Positions 1-9,241 of a stretch of 17,970 nt of DNA are shown piece after piece. The translations under genes were made by a program, and so were the position numbers. Position 1 is the first letter of the stretch. Every line of letters starts with the position of its first letter. The notes under the pieces are model-generated. The model saw only the letters and a list, made by a program, of their open reading frames with translations, ran no database searches and was not told the DNA's origin. The DNA comes from Nanobdellota archaeon (GTDB taxonomy: Archaea > Aenigmatarchaeota > Aenigmatarchaeia > QMZP01). The DNA lies in contig JBDRJQ010000003.1 in NCBI GenBank assembly GCA_043814765.1, positions 1 to 17,970 on the forward strand. The letters are read 5' to 3'.

Positions 1-40
1 AATAACATCTCCAATAGAAATGATGGGGGTGTGGGGTTAC

Positions 41-718
41 ATGAAAATATTAGTTTTTGGCGATGTGCATGGTAAAATGGACATACTTTCAAATATTATA
101 AAAAATATAAAAATTAAACCAGATATTGTTATATGTCCTGGTGATTTTACAGATATGTTTGAAACAATAGAAGGATTTTCTCAAATAGATATTGCTGATA
201 TGATTTTACAAAAACTTTTATCTTTTAATTGTCCTGTTATATGCGTTCCAGGCAATCATGACCCACCTGATATATTAAAATTATTTAATCAATATGGTGC
301 CAACCTACATGGTAAATTAAAAGAAATTAATGGTTTTCTTTTTATGGGGTGGGGAGGAGCTCTAACACCATTTAACACTTATTTTGAACCTAGTAGTGAA
401 GAGACTAGGACAAATCTAAATAGGATGTCTGATAAAATAAAAAATAAAAAATTTATATTAGTTGTTCATGATCCTCCAAAAAACACAAATGTTGATAGGG
501 TTATGTCTGGTGGTCATGTTGGTTCTAGTGTTATAAAGGAATTCATAATCAAACAAAAACCCATATTATGTATATCTGCACATATTCACGAATCAGGTGG
601 AACAGATAGAGTAGGTGATACAATTTTATTTTATCCAGGTCCTGTTTATGAAGGATTCTACGGTGTTGTGAATATAGATGATAAGAAAATAACATGTGAA
701 GTTAAAAAAGTAAAATAA
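41..718 (+). CDS. Calcineurin-like metallophosphoesterase (Icc/TT1561-like)
   Basis: Metal-binding motifs GDVHG, PGDFT, PGNHD, VHDPP, SAHIHE. Start placed at ATG 41 (MKILVFGDVHG), after a G-rich SD-like stretch; the ORF track starts at 20. Confidence 0.88.
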   Translation: MKILVFGDVHGKMDILSNIIKNIKIKPDIVICPGDFTDMFETIEGFSQIDIADMILQKLLSFNCPVICVPGNHDPPDILKLFNQYGANLHGKLKEINGFLFMGWGGALTPFNTYFEPSSEETRTNLNRMSDKIKNKKFILVVHDPPKNTNVDRVMSGGHVGSSVIKEFIIKQKPILCISAHIHESGGTDRVGDTILFYPGPVYEGFYGVVNIDDKKITCEVKKVK

Positions 719-1447
719 TCAATCAAGTGTTTTTAATTGATTGACAATATCGTCCACAGTGTTAAGTCTGGATAACGCTAAAGGGATGTTTTCTGCTTCA
801 GCTATGCGTTTAGCTACATCATCGACTACACTTAACCCATGAAGAACAACTAATGTTGGCTGTAAACTTGTTAATTTAATTGCAACCATAGGAGATCGAC
901 CAGTGGAAACTTTAGTAAATATTAATGCTCGTTGGGTAGTTAACCCATATAATTTAATTAATTCTGAAAAGGAGAGTTCTGTTATTGCTTTCAAAGAATC
1001 TATAATGGTGTAACCGTAGACGATTTTATTCATGTTAGAGGATTTTACCATGCTAGTTGCGTTTATTTTATTGCAAAAATCACTGACAGTTATGCCATCT
1101 GATAATTCTTTTATTTCTATAATAGCGCTTGATAGCATCGGAGATTTTGTATTTTTAATAAAACTCTTTATAGTACTCCCACCACTCTCAGCATCTATAT
1201 TAATCAACGACTGAACGTATTTTTTAATAACCCTTATACCAGGAGATTTTCTTCTACCTGATTCATAATCTGATACAACAGAAGAGGTTATCCCAAGATT
1301 TTTTGCAAGATCCTTTTGTGATATTTTGAATATGTTTCTCCATTTTTTTATTACATTTTCAGACTTTTCAGATAGAACTATCTCTCCGATAATATTCTTT
1401 GCTAGTTGGTCCTTTGCCAATGAAAATTCGTCAGTTATGTTATCCAT
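719..1447 (-). CDS. Archaeal XRE-type HTH transcriptional regulator (COG1709-like, C-terminal DRTGG-like domain)
   Basis: HTH segment KKWRNIFKISQKDLAKNLGITSSVVSDYESGRRKSPG; C-terminal YGYTIIDS...RALIFTKVSTGRSPMVAIK typical of this family. Confidence 0.85.
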   Translation of the reverse strand: MDNITDEFSLAKDQLAKNIIGEIVLSEKSENVIKKWRNIFKISQKDLAKNLGITSSVVSDYESGRRKSPGIRVIKKYVQSLINIDAESGGSTIKSFIKNTKSPMLSSAIIEIKELSDGITVSDFCNKINATSMVKSSNMNKIVYGYTIIDSLKAITELSFSELIKLYGLTTQRALIFTKVSTGRSPMVAIKLTSLQPTLVVLHGLSVVDDVAKRIAEAENIPLALSRLNTVDDIVNQLKTLD

Positions 1448-1522
1448 GTTCGATAATTGACATAAATCCTTAAATAAAGATTATAAGCAAAAATATAAAG
1501 CTTAAAAACACCATAATAAACC

Positions 1523-1894
1523 ATGAAAAATAAAGCTGCTAAGGGAGCGATGTTTGAACGCGAGCTTTTACATTTTCTAAATGCTAAGGGGTTTTCTGTA
1601 ATGCGAGCACCATCATCTGGCGGATATCTTTACCCTGTGGATGTTCTTGCGATAAAAAAGGGGAAGATCCTCGCCTTTGAGTGTAAAAACTATAAAACAA
1701 AACCAAAACTTAATCCAAAACAGCTTTCTTCTTTTAAAAAATGGGCTGAAAAAGCAGGCGCTATCAGTTTCTTAGCGTGGAGAACACCTAAAAATGAATG
1801 GAAATTTCTTAGAGTGGAAGATGCTGAAAACAAAAAATACGAAGATGAGAATTGGTTTGAGATGCCCATGCTTGAGAAGTGTTTCATGTTTTAA
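1523..1894 (+). CDS. hjc: Archaeal Holliday junction resolvase
   Basis: KGAMFERELL...GFSVMRAPSSG...VDVLAIKKG...FECK (PD-(D/E)xK Hjc signature), 123 aa. Confidence 0.9.
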   Translation: MKNKAAKGAMFERELLHFLNAKGFSVMRAPSSGGYLYPVDVLAIKKGKILAFECKNYKTKPKLNPKQLSSFKKWAEKAGAISFLAWRTPKNEWKFLRVEDAENKKYEDENWFEMPMLEKCFMF

Positions 1895-3056
1895 GTTTTT
1901 TAGTTGATTTCTCAATTCTATCCATTGCTTTCTCTATCTTATCATAAGCAGTTGCATAAGAGAAACGAACATAACCTTCACCATATTTTCCAAACTCTGT
2001 ACCTGGAACGCATGCCACCTTTGCGTTTTTCAGAAGCCATTCAGCAAAAACAAAAGATTTCTTTTTGAAAGCCTTTATGTTTGGAAAAGCGTAAAATGCA
2101 CCGTTTGGTTTAACACATTCAAACCCGTCAATTTCATTAAGACGTCTTGTAATCATTTTTCGCCTTCTGTCATACTCATCAACCATTTTGCAAACATATT
2201 TTTGTGTGCCTGTTAAGGCCTCCAGCGCGGCTATCTGAGAAATTGTAGAACCTGTCAATGATGTGAATATATGAAGTTTTTTCAGCCCATCAATTATTTT
2301 TTCCGGTCCTGCAGCATAACCCACTCTAAAACCAGGCATCGCATATGTTTTTGAAAACGATTGCAGTGTTATAACATGGTCTTCTATTCCATTCAATGAC
2401 CCAATTGAGATGTGTTTTTCATCATCATACACTTGTTTTTCATAAGCTTCATCTGATAATATAAGAAGATTTTTTTCAACAGCAAAATCTGCAATTTCTT
2501 CAAGCGTTTTTTTCTTTAGAACCACCCCTATTGGGTTTGAAGGAGTATTGAGTATAATGGAACGTGTCTTTTTTGGAATGAAAGCTTCTTTTAGTTTTTC
2601 TGTTGTTATTTGAAATCCATCACTTTCTTCCAGTTTTATTGATAGCGGGACACCGTTCAGTATCTCTACCATTGGAATGTATGCCAAGAATCCAGGGTTT
2701 GGCACCATTACAGTTTCACCAGGATCCAGCGTAGTCATTAGCGTTAGCAGTAAGGCTTCAGTGGATCCGTTGGTGACAACAACCTCGTCAGGTGTTACAT
2801 TAACCCTATTATCCTTTTTTAGCTTTTTTGCAATAGCTATTCTCAAATCAGTTCTGCCCGCGATTGGTGAATAATGGGTTTGCTTGTCTTTAATGGCTTT
2901 TTTTGCTGCACGAAGCACGTTGGGGGGAGAAGAAAAATCAGGTTCACCTGGTCCAAGAGAAATTATAGTTTTACTCTCTGCTGCGATTTTCAATAACTTA
3001 CCGATTGTGAATCTTGGTAAATCCTTTTCACGTTCTGATATAACACCTCTTATCAT
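1884..3056 (-). CDS. PLP-dependent aminotransferase class I/II (aspartate/aromatic type)
   Basis: GEPDF, NTPSNPIG, SDEAY, SFSKTYAMPGFRVGY (PLP lysine), GAFY, YVRFSYA. Confidence 0.93.
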   Translation of the reverse strand: MIRGVISEREKDLPRFTIGKLLKIAAESKTIISLGPGEPDFSSPPNVLRAAKKAIKDKQTHYSPIAGRTDLRIAIAKKLKKDNRVNVTPDEVVVTNGSTEALLLTLMTTLDPGETVMVPNPGFLAYIPMVEILNGVPLSIKLEESDGFQITTEKLKEAFIPKKTRSIILNTPSNPIGVVLKKKTLEEIADFAVEKNLLILSDEAYEKQVYDDEKHISIGSLNGIEDHVITLQSFSKTYAMPGFRVGYAAGPEKIIDGLKKLHIFTSLTGSTISQIAALEALTGTQKYVCKMVDEYDRRRKMITRRLNEIDGFECVKPNGAFYAFPNIKAFKKKSFVFAEWLLKNAKVACVPGTEFGKYGEGYVRFSYATAYDKIEKAMDRIEKSTKKLKT

Positions 3057-3118
3057 ATTTTATATTTGTTTGTGCCTGGTTAAAAACAATTTAACGAAGC
3101 TAAACAAAATAAAACTAT

Positions 3119-4489
3119 ATGCCTCAGTTAGATTATTTCTTTAATCCAAAATCAATAGCCATAATAGGTGCATCAAGAAACCCCATTAAAATAGGACATG
3201 TTGTTTTTAGAAATTTCCTTGAAGGCAAATATGAAGGCAAACTTTTTCCTATTAATCCAAAAGCAGAAGAACTTTTTGGATTGAAAGCCTTTCCAAGTAT
3301 TTTAAATGTGAAAGAAAAAATAGACCTCGCAGTTATAACAGTTCCGGCTGCAATCACAGCTAAAGTTCTCGAAGAGTGCGGCCGCAAAGGCGTGCCAGCA
3401 GTCATTATAATAACCGCTGGGTTCAAGGAGATAGGTAATGTTAAAGAGGAGGACGAATTAAAAAAAATATTAAGTAAATATAAAATGCGTTGCATAGGAG
3501 TCAACTGTTTAGGCGTTTACGATCCGTACTCTAATGTAGACACGTTCTTTTTGCCCAGATACAAATTAAGAAGACCAGAAGCAGGATCAATATCCTTTAT
3601 ATCGCAATCAGGAGCGCTAGGATCTGTTGTCATGGACTGGATGGCCACCAAAGGCTACAAAATATCAAAGTTTATTTCTTACGGAAATGCGACTGACGTG
3701 GATGAAGCAGACTTAATAGAATATCTAGGTGAAGACAAAAAAACAAGCGTAATATGCGCCTACCTTGAGGGGGTTAATAACGGTAGAAAGTTCTTTGATG
3801 CATCTAAAAAAGTTTCTAAAAAGAAGCCAATAATAGCATTGAAGGGAGGCGTTACCAAGGAAGGAAGTAATAGCGCATCTTCTCACACAGGATCATTGGC
3901 TGGATCAGCAGAAGTTGTTCATGCTGCATTCAAACAGGCGGGTGTTATTATTGCAAATGATTTGGAACAGGTTTTTAATTTTGCTAGAGTGCTATCAACA
4001 CAGCCTCTCACAAAAGGCAACAGAATCCAAATAATAACAGACGGAGGAGGATTTGGTGTCTTAGCAACAGACTGTGTCATAAAAAACGAAATGAGATTAG
4101 CCAAGATGCAAAAAACAAGTTTAGATAAAATAAAAAAAGTTTCCCCACCCTATGTTGTTTTAAAAAATCCAATAGATTTAACAGGAGACGCGGACACAGA
4201 GAGATACAGAGTTGCTTTAGAAGCTGCATTAGCAGATCCTAATGTTGATATGATAGCGCTGATAGTTCTTTTCCAGGTGCCAGCACTATCAACAGATGTG
4301 GTTGATGTTATATCAGAAGTTTCAAGAAAATCCAAAAAACCAATTATAGTTATTTCTGCTGGTGGAGGCTATACAGAAGTTCTAAAAAAATCATTAGAAG
4401 AGAATGATATACCATGTTTCTCTTATCCAGAAAGCGCAATAGAATCTATGAAGGCTCTTTACAATTATAGTAAAAACAAGAAAGGATAA
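3119..4489 (+). CDS. acdA: ADP-forming acetate/acyl-CoA ligase, alpha subunit
   Basis: PKSIAIIGAS CoA-binding fold, GVNCLG, SQSGALG, phospho-His motif SHTGSLAG, NPIDLTGDA; no ATP-grasp beta domain. Confidence 0.9.
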   Translation: MPQLDYFFNPKSIAIIGASRNPIKIGHVVFRNFLEGKYEGKLFPINPKAEELFGLKAFPSILNVKEKIDLAVITVPAAITAKVLEECGRKGVPAVIIITAGFKEIGNVKEEDELKKILSKYKMRCIGVNCLGVYDPYSNVDTFFLPRYKLRRPEAGSISFISQSGALGSVVMDWMATKGYKISKFISYGNATDVDEADLIEYLGEDKKTSVICAYLEGVNNGRKFFDASKKVSKKKPIIALKGGVTKEGSNSASSHTGSLAGSAEVVHAAFKQAGVIIANDLEQVFNFARVLSTQPLTKGNRIQIITDGGGFGVLATDCVIKNEMRLAKMQKTSLDKIKKVSPPYVVLKNPIDLTGDADTERYRVALEAALADPNVDMIALIVLFQVPALSTDVVDVISEVSRKSKKPIIVISAGGGYTEVLKKSLEENDIPCFSYPESAIESMKALYNYSKNKKG

Positions 4490-4524
4490 ATCAAACCTTT
4501 TACTAATAGTTAATTAGTGGGTTT

Positions 4525-5988
4525 GTGATTACTTATAAAAATTTTATAAATGGAAAATGGGTCAAGTCTAGTTCTGGAAAAACGTTTGAAAGCGCCAATC
4601 CAGCAACTAATAAAAAAATAGGGCTTTTTCAGTTGGGCAACGAAAGGGATGTTAATTCAGCTGTTGGTGCAGCTGACAATGCTTTTGGAAAATGGAGAGA
4701 CTTGCCTGCTCCAAAAAGAGGTGAAATTTTATTGCGTGCTGCGCAATTGTTGCGTAAAGAAAAGGAAAGGCTTTCACAACTTGTTACAAAGGAAATGGGC
4801 AAAATCATTTCTGAAAGCCGTGGAGACGTGCAAGAAGCTATTGATGTTGCAGAATACATGGCTGGCGAAGGCAGAAGACTTTTTGGTCATACCACAAAAT
4901 CAGAGCTGCGTGACAAATTTGCAATGACCATCAAAAGACCAATTGGCGTATGCGGAATAATATCACCATGGAATTTTCCTATCGCAATACCAGCATGGAA
5001 AATTATGCCTGCTTTAGTTTGTGGTAACACAGTAGTATTCAAACCAGCATCTGATACTCCGCTTTGTGCAATAGAGTTTGTGAAAATATTGATCAAAGCA
5101 GGTGTTCCAGCAGGGGTTGTTAATCTTGTAACAGGACCAGGATCTAGTGTGGGTATGTTCATTGTTAAAAATAAAAAAACAAAAGCAGTTTCTTTCACTG
5201 GAAGCAAGCAAACAGGAGAACTTATTGTAAAAGAGGCAGGAATAAAAAGGATTGGTCTCGAGTTAGGTGGAAAAAACGGAATAATAGTTATGGATGATGC
5301 GGATTTGAATCTAGCAGTTGATGGTGTTTTATGGGGAGCTTTTGGTACAACCGGACAAAGGTGCACAGCCACATCACGCGTTTTGGTTCATAAAAAAGTA
5401 AAAAAGAAATTTGAAAGAAAACTGCTTCAGTGCACTAAAAAATTGGTTTTGGGAAACGGACTCTTACCAAAAACTGATGTAGGACCACTTATCAATATGA
5501 GCGCAGTAGAAAAGACTCATATGTATGTTGATATAGGAAAGTTTTGCGGAGCCAAACTTCTTTGCGGTGGAGAGCCAGCCGGTAAAAACGGTTTCTTTTA
5601 CAAACCGACAATTTTCACTAATGTTACTCCTGACATGAGAATAGCGCAGGAAGAGATATTTGGACCAGTGTTATCAATAATAGAAATAAAGAATATAGAT
5701 GAAGCTATAGATGTTATGAATGGAATTGAATACGGTCTTAGCTCTGCTATTTACACTGAGAACATGAAAAACGCCTTTGAGGCGATAAACAAAATAGACT
5801 CTGGATTGACTTATGTCAATTCCAGCACAATAGGTTCAGAGGTTCACTTGCCTTTTGGTGGAGTGAAAGGAACAGGAAACACGCGTGAAGCCGGCATAGA
5901 AGGAATAAATGAATTCACAGAAACAAAAACTGTGTACTTTGACTACAGCGGTCGGCTTCAAAAAGCACAGATAGATGTTGTTAAATAA
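4525..5988 (+). CDS. NAD(P)-dependent aldehyde dehydrogenase (semialdehyde dehydrogenase-like)
   Basis: PWNFP, KPASDTP, FTGS, LELGGKN (catalytic Glu), GQRCTA (catalytic Cys), EEIFGP, PFGG. GTG start. Confidence 0.95.
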   Translation: MITYKNFINGKWVKSSSGKTFESANPATNKKIGLFQLGNERDVNSAVGAADNAFGKWRDLPAPKRGEILLRAAQLLRKEKERLSQLVTKEMGKIISESRGDVQEAIDVAEYMAGEGRRLFGHTTKSELRDKFAMTIKRPIGVCGIISPWNFPIAIPAWKIMPALVCGNTVVFKPASDTPLCAIEFVKILIKAGVPAGVVNLVTGPGSSVGMFIVKNKKTKAVSFTGSKQTGELIVKEAGIKRIGLELGGKNGIIVMDDADLNLAVDGVLWGAFGTTGQRCTATSRVLVHKKVKKKFERKLLQCTKKLVLGNGLLPKTDVGPLINMSAVEKTHMYVDIGKFCGAKLLCGGEPAGKNGFFYKPTIFTNVTPDMRIAQEEIFGPVLSIIEIKNIDEAIDVMNGIEYGLSSAIYTENMKNAFEAINKIDSGLTYVNSSTIGSEVHLPFGGVKGTGNTREAGIEGINEFTETKTVYFDYSGRLQKAQIDVVK

Positions 5989-6000
5989 GAAGGTGATGGT

Positions 6001-6840
6001 ATGAGAGAGGTTACTTCAACGTTTGTTAAGGGACTGTATAAGAAAAGGGATCCTTGGTCACATAAAGGTGATTTTGGAAAAGTTTTAATCATAGGAGGAA
6101 ATAAGGAATATTCTGGCTCGCCGGCACTTTCTGCAATGGCTGCATACAGAGCCGGAGTTGATTTAGTTTATGTAGCCGCACCAGAGAGAGCTGCAAACAT
6201 AATAGCGTCTTTTTCACCAAACATAATAGCGTACCCGCTTGCAGGAGAATTTGTTGCACCTCATCACATGAAAATAATTTCAAAGCTAATAGAAAAAGTA
6301 GATGCTATTGTTATTGGTGGCGGTCTGGGCAGGCATCCTCAAACAGTTAAGTTGGTTCAAGCCCTTTTAGCAAAAACAGAAAAACCATGTGTAATAGATG
6401 CAGATGCAATATTTGCTGTTTCCAACAGAAAAGCTGCAATTAAAAAAACATCTGTTATAACACCGCATGTAAATGAATTTTTTACCCTAACAGGAAAAAA
6501 TTTAGACAAGTCTACAATGGAAGAAAAGGAAAAGGAAATAGAACAAACTGCATTAAAACTTGGTGCAACATTGATTTTGAAAGGGCATATGGATATTATA
6601 TCCGGAAAAAAGGGAACCACAATAAATTCCAGAGGAACAGCCTACATGACAAAAGGCGGAACAGGCGACACTTTGGCTGGAATATGTGGCGCATTGCTCG
6701 CTCGCGGTATTGACCCTCAAGATGCTGCAGCTGCAGCAGCGTATATAAACGGTGCAGCCGGAGAGCTTGCAAGCAGAGAACTTGGAGAAGGAACCCTAGC
6801 AACAGACTTGTTGGATAAAATAGCAATCGTTATAAGGTGA
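6001..6840 (+). CDS. nnrD: ADP/ATP-dependent NAD(P)H-hydrate dehydratase (stand-alone, no epimerase domain)
   Basis: SHKGDFGKVLIIGG..YSGSP, GGGLG, VIDADA, ITPHVNEF, LKG, GGTGDTLAG. SD AGGTGA at 5991-5996. Confidence 0.93.
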   Translation: MREVTSTFVKGLYKKRDPWSHKGDFGKVLIIGGNKEYSGSPALSAMAAYRAGVDLVYVAAPERAANIIASFSPNIIAYPLAGEFVAPHHMKIISKLIEKVDAIVIGGGLGRHPQTVKLVQALLAKTEKPCVIDADAIFAVSNRKAAIKKTSVITPHVNEFFTLTGKNLDKSTMEEKEKEIEQTALKLGATLILKGHMDIISGKKGTTINSRGTAYMTKGGTGDTLAGICGALLARGIDPQDAAAAAAYINGAAGELASRELGEGTLATDLLDKIAIVIR

Positions 6841-6844
6841 AAGT

Positions 6845-8170
6845 ATTAAGAAGACTAAGGTCATCATAATGGGAGCTGCAGGAAGAGATTTTCATAATTT
6901 TAATGTTTTCTTCCGTAACAATTCTCATTATGATGTGGTTGCTTTTACTGCAGCACAAATAGTCGGCATAGAAAACAGAAGATACCCAAAAGAGTTGAGT
7001 GGAAGACTTTACCCAAAAGGCATACAAATTTATCCTGAAAAAGAACTTTCTAAGTTAATTAAGAAACATAAAATAGATGAAGTTGTATTGGCTTACAGCG
7101 ATCTCAAGCATGATGATGTTATGGAAAAGGGAAGTTTAATTTTAGCGCTTGGCGCTGATTTTAAGCTAATGGGAATGAACACAACAACGATAAAAACTAG
7201 TAAGCCTCTTATAACAGTTTGCGCTGTGCGAACAGGAGCAGGCAAAGGTACGATTGCAAGAGAAATACTAACTCGCTTGCGCAGCAAAGGAAGGAATCCT
7301 GTTGTCATAAGACATCCAATGCCTTATGGTGATCTGAAAGGACAAATATGTCAGAGGTTTGCTGCACAAAAAGATCTGGATAAATACAACCCAACAATAG
7401 AAGAAAGGGAAGAGTACGAACCGTATATAGAAAGAGGCTACATAGTCTATGCTGGTGTAGACTATGAAAAGATTATTAGAAGCGCCGAAAAGGAGGGGGA
7501 TATTATAGTTTTTGAAGGCGGGAATAACGACATGCCTTTCTACACTTCCAACAAACACCTGAAAGTTGTTGTTGCAGACCCGCTAAGACCTAATGACGTT
7601 TTTTCGTATCCAGGAGAAAGCAATGTCATAATGGCAGATCTTATCATTATGAATAAAGTAAATGTTGCCAGCAGAAAAAACATCAAATTATGCGAAGAAA
7701 AAATAAGAATGATTAACATAAGCGCTCCTCTTGTAAAAACCCGTTCTGTTGTTTCAATTGATAGGCCTGATTTGGTAAAGGGAAAGAAAGTGCTGATAGT
7801 TGAAGATTCTCCAACAGTAACGCACGGAAGTCTTGGATATGCCGCAGGAATGGTCGCTGCCCAAAAATACAAGTCATCTGAAAATGTAGATCCTAGACGC
7901 TATGCTGTTGGCAGTATAAAGAAAATTTATGAAAAAAACAAGCACCTGAAACACGTTTTACCAAGCTCTGGTTACACAAAAACACAGCTAAACGATCTAG
8001 AAAAAACAATTAACAGTGTAAAGTGTGATACTGTTATACTTGGTACGCCAATGAACCTTTCTCATGTTATTAAAATAAAAAAACCAGTGGCAAGAGTTTC
8101 ATATCAACCAATAGAAAGTGGAAAACCAGTATTGGATAAAATTATAAACAAATTCTTGAACGGAAATTGA
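6845..8170 (+). CDS. COG2403 P-loop ATPase (arginine synthetase ArcE / cyclic 2,3-diphosphoglycerate synthetase family; often annotated GTPase)
   Basis: GAAGRDFHNFN, AYSD, AVRTGAGK (P-loop), RHPMPYGDL, TIEEREEYEP, GGNND. The frame is open upstream of ATG 6869 to a TAA at 6833-6835; start inferred at ATT 6845 (see findings). Confidence 0.85.
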   Translation: MKKTKVIIMGAAGRDFHNFNVFFRNNSHYDVVAFTAAQIVGIENRRYPKELSGRLYPKGIQIYPEKELSKLIKKHKIDEVVLAYSDLKHDDVMEKGSLILALGADFKLMGMNTTTIKTSKPLITVCAVRTGAGKGTIAREILTRLRSKGRNPVVIRHPMPYGDLKGQICQRFAAQKDLDKYNPTIEEREEYEPYIERGYIVYAGVDYEKIIRSAEKEGDIIVFEGGNNDMPFYTSNKHLKVVVADPLRPNDVFSYPGESNVIMADLIIMNKVNVASRKNIKLCEEKIRMINISAPLVKTRSVVSIDRPDLVKGKKVLIVEDSPTVTHGSLGYAAGMVAAQKYKSSENVDPRRYAVGSIKKIYEKNKHLKHVLPSSGYTKTQLNDLEKTINSVKCDTVILGTPMNLSHVIKIKKPVARVSYQPIESGKPVLDKIINKFLNGN

Positions 8171-8178
8171 ATATAAAT
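8171..8178 (+). promoter_or_regulatory. Putative TATA box (leaderless transcript)
   Basis: ATATAAAT at -31..-24 from ATG 8202; no SD. Confidence 0.5.
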
Positions 8179-8201
8179 GTAGAAAACAACAAACTAATAT
8201 T

Positions 8202-9185
8202 ATGAAGAAATTGTTTTTACTGCTACCAGTTTTACTTGTTGTGTTTAGTTCTGGATGCACGACTTGTATACCGTTTATTGGAAGTTGTACAGAAGTCACA
8301 ATGGATACTGCTGATGTTTTAGTTTTTGATTCTGTTGCTGCTTTTCCAACAACAATTTCACCAGAACAAACAGTAAGAGTAAAGGCCTATGTTAAAAATT
8401 TAATAGAAAATGAAGAGTATATCAAAACCATAGAGATGTATGATAAATGTGAAGGAGTTTTTGATGAAATAAGTATTAATTGTGGAAAGGGAGAAGAAAT
8501 AGGAGGAATTTCATGTGGGGGTATTCGTGTTTACGGCAAACAAACAATACCAATTACATGGACACTAACTTCTATAAAAGGAATAAAACTTGAGACTGCT
8601 TGTGAACCAAAAATAAAAATGAGTTATATAAGAGATACATATGGTACTAGCTCAATAAATTTTATTAACCACGACGAACTTAAGAACAGGCTTGAACAGG
8701 GAATAACAGAGCCAGTTACATCTGAGATTGATGTAGGTCCAGGACCTATACGAATATTTTTTGAGGTTGAGGACGAACAGCCAATTCCAACTGATGCGAA
8801 AAAAACCGTGGTTTCTTTGCATATAAAAAACGATGGTAGAGGATACATAAAGGACAATAAAATAAAATACAGCCAAATTGAAGTTTATGGAGGAGCGTCG
8901 CCTGAAAGCCAAAGCGCAATTGACCTAAAAATAAAAGAATCACTTAATAAATGCGGTTTTGGCAAACCCAAATCAGATGATGACGGGGAATCTAGCAATA
9001 CAGATGACTGGGAAATTGAGCTTATGGGAAAACAAGAAACAGTGATGTTCTGTACTATTGATATACCAGCAGAGTTGGAAAATAAAGACGAAGCCGAGCT
9101 TCATCTTTCGGTTTCATTAAAAGGCTATGAGTATGAAATAAAAGAGAAAGCAAGTGTTGTTATCAAACCACACATAATAGAGTAG
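8202..9185 (+). CDS. Putative secreted lipoprotein / cell-surface Ig-like protein, paralog 1
   Basis: Signal peptide MKKLFLLLPVLLVVFSSG-C; beta-rich, acidic, Cys-rich; shares the EPKIKMSY...EL.NRLEQG...GP..I pattern with the next two ORFs. Confidence 0.75.
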   Translation: MKKLFLLLPVLLVVFSSGCTTCIPFIGSCTEVTMDTADVLVFDSVAAFPTTISPEQTVRVKAYVKNLIENEEYIKTIEMYDKCEGVFDEISINCGKGEEIGGISCGGIRVYGKQTIPITWTLTSIKGIKLETACEPKIKMSYIRDTYGTSSINFINHDELKNRLEQGITEPVTSEIDVGPGPIRIFFEVEDEQPIPTDAKKTVVSLHIKNDGRGYIKDNKIKYSQIEVYGGASPESQSAIDLKIKESLNKCGFGKPKSDDDGESSNTDDWEIELMGKQETVMFCTIDIPAELENKDEAELHLSVSLKGYEYEIKEKASVVIKPHIIE

Positions 9186-9198
9186 GAAATTCAACAAA

Positions 9199-9209
9199 CT
9201 TATAAATTA
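9199..9209 (+). promoter_or_regulatory. Putative TATA box
   Basis: CTTATAAATTA, identical to 10160-10170, upstream of lipoprotein paralog 2. Confidence 0.5.
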
Positions 9210-9241
9210 ACCATAACATATAATAATTAAGAGGGAAATTG

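Noticed and set aside
6721..6741. GCT/GCA repeats in nnrD
   Set aside because: They encode the Ala-rich helix normal for this family.
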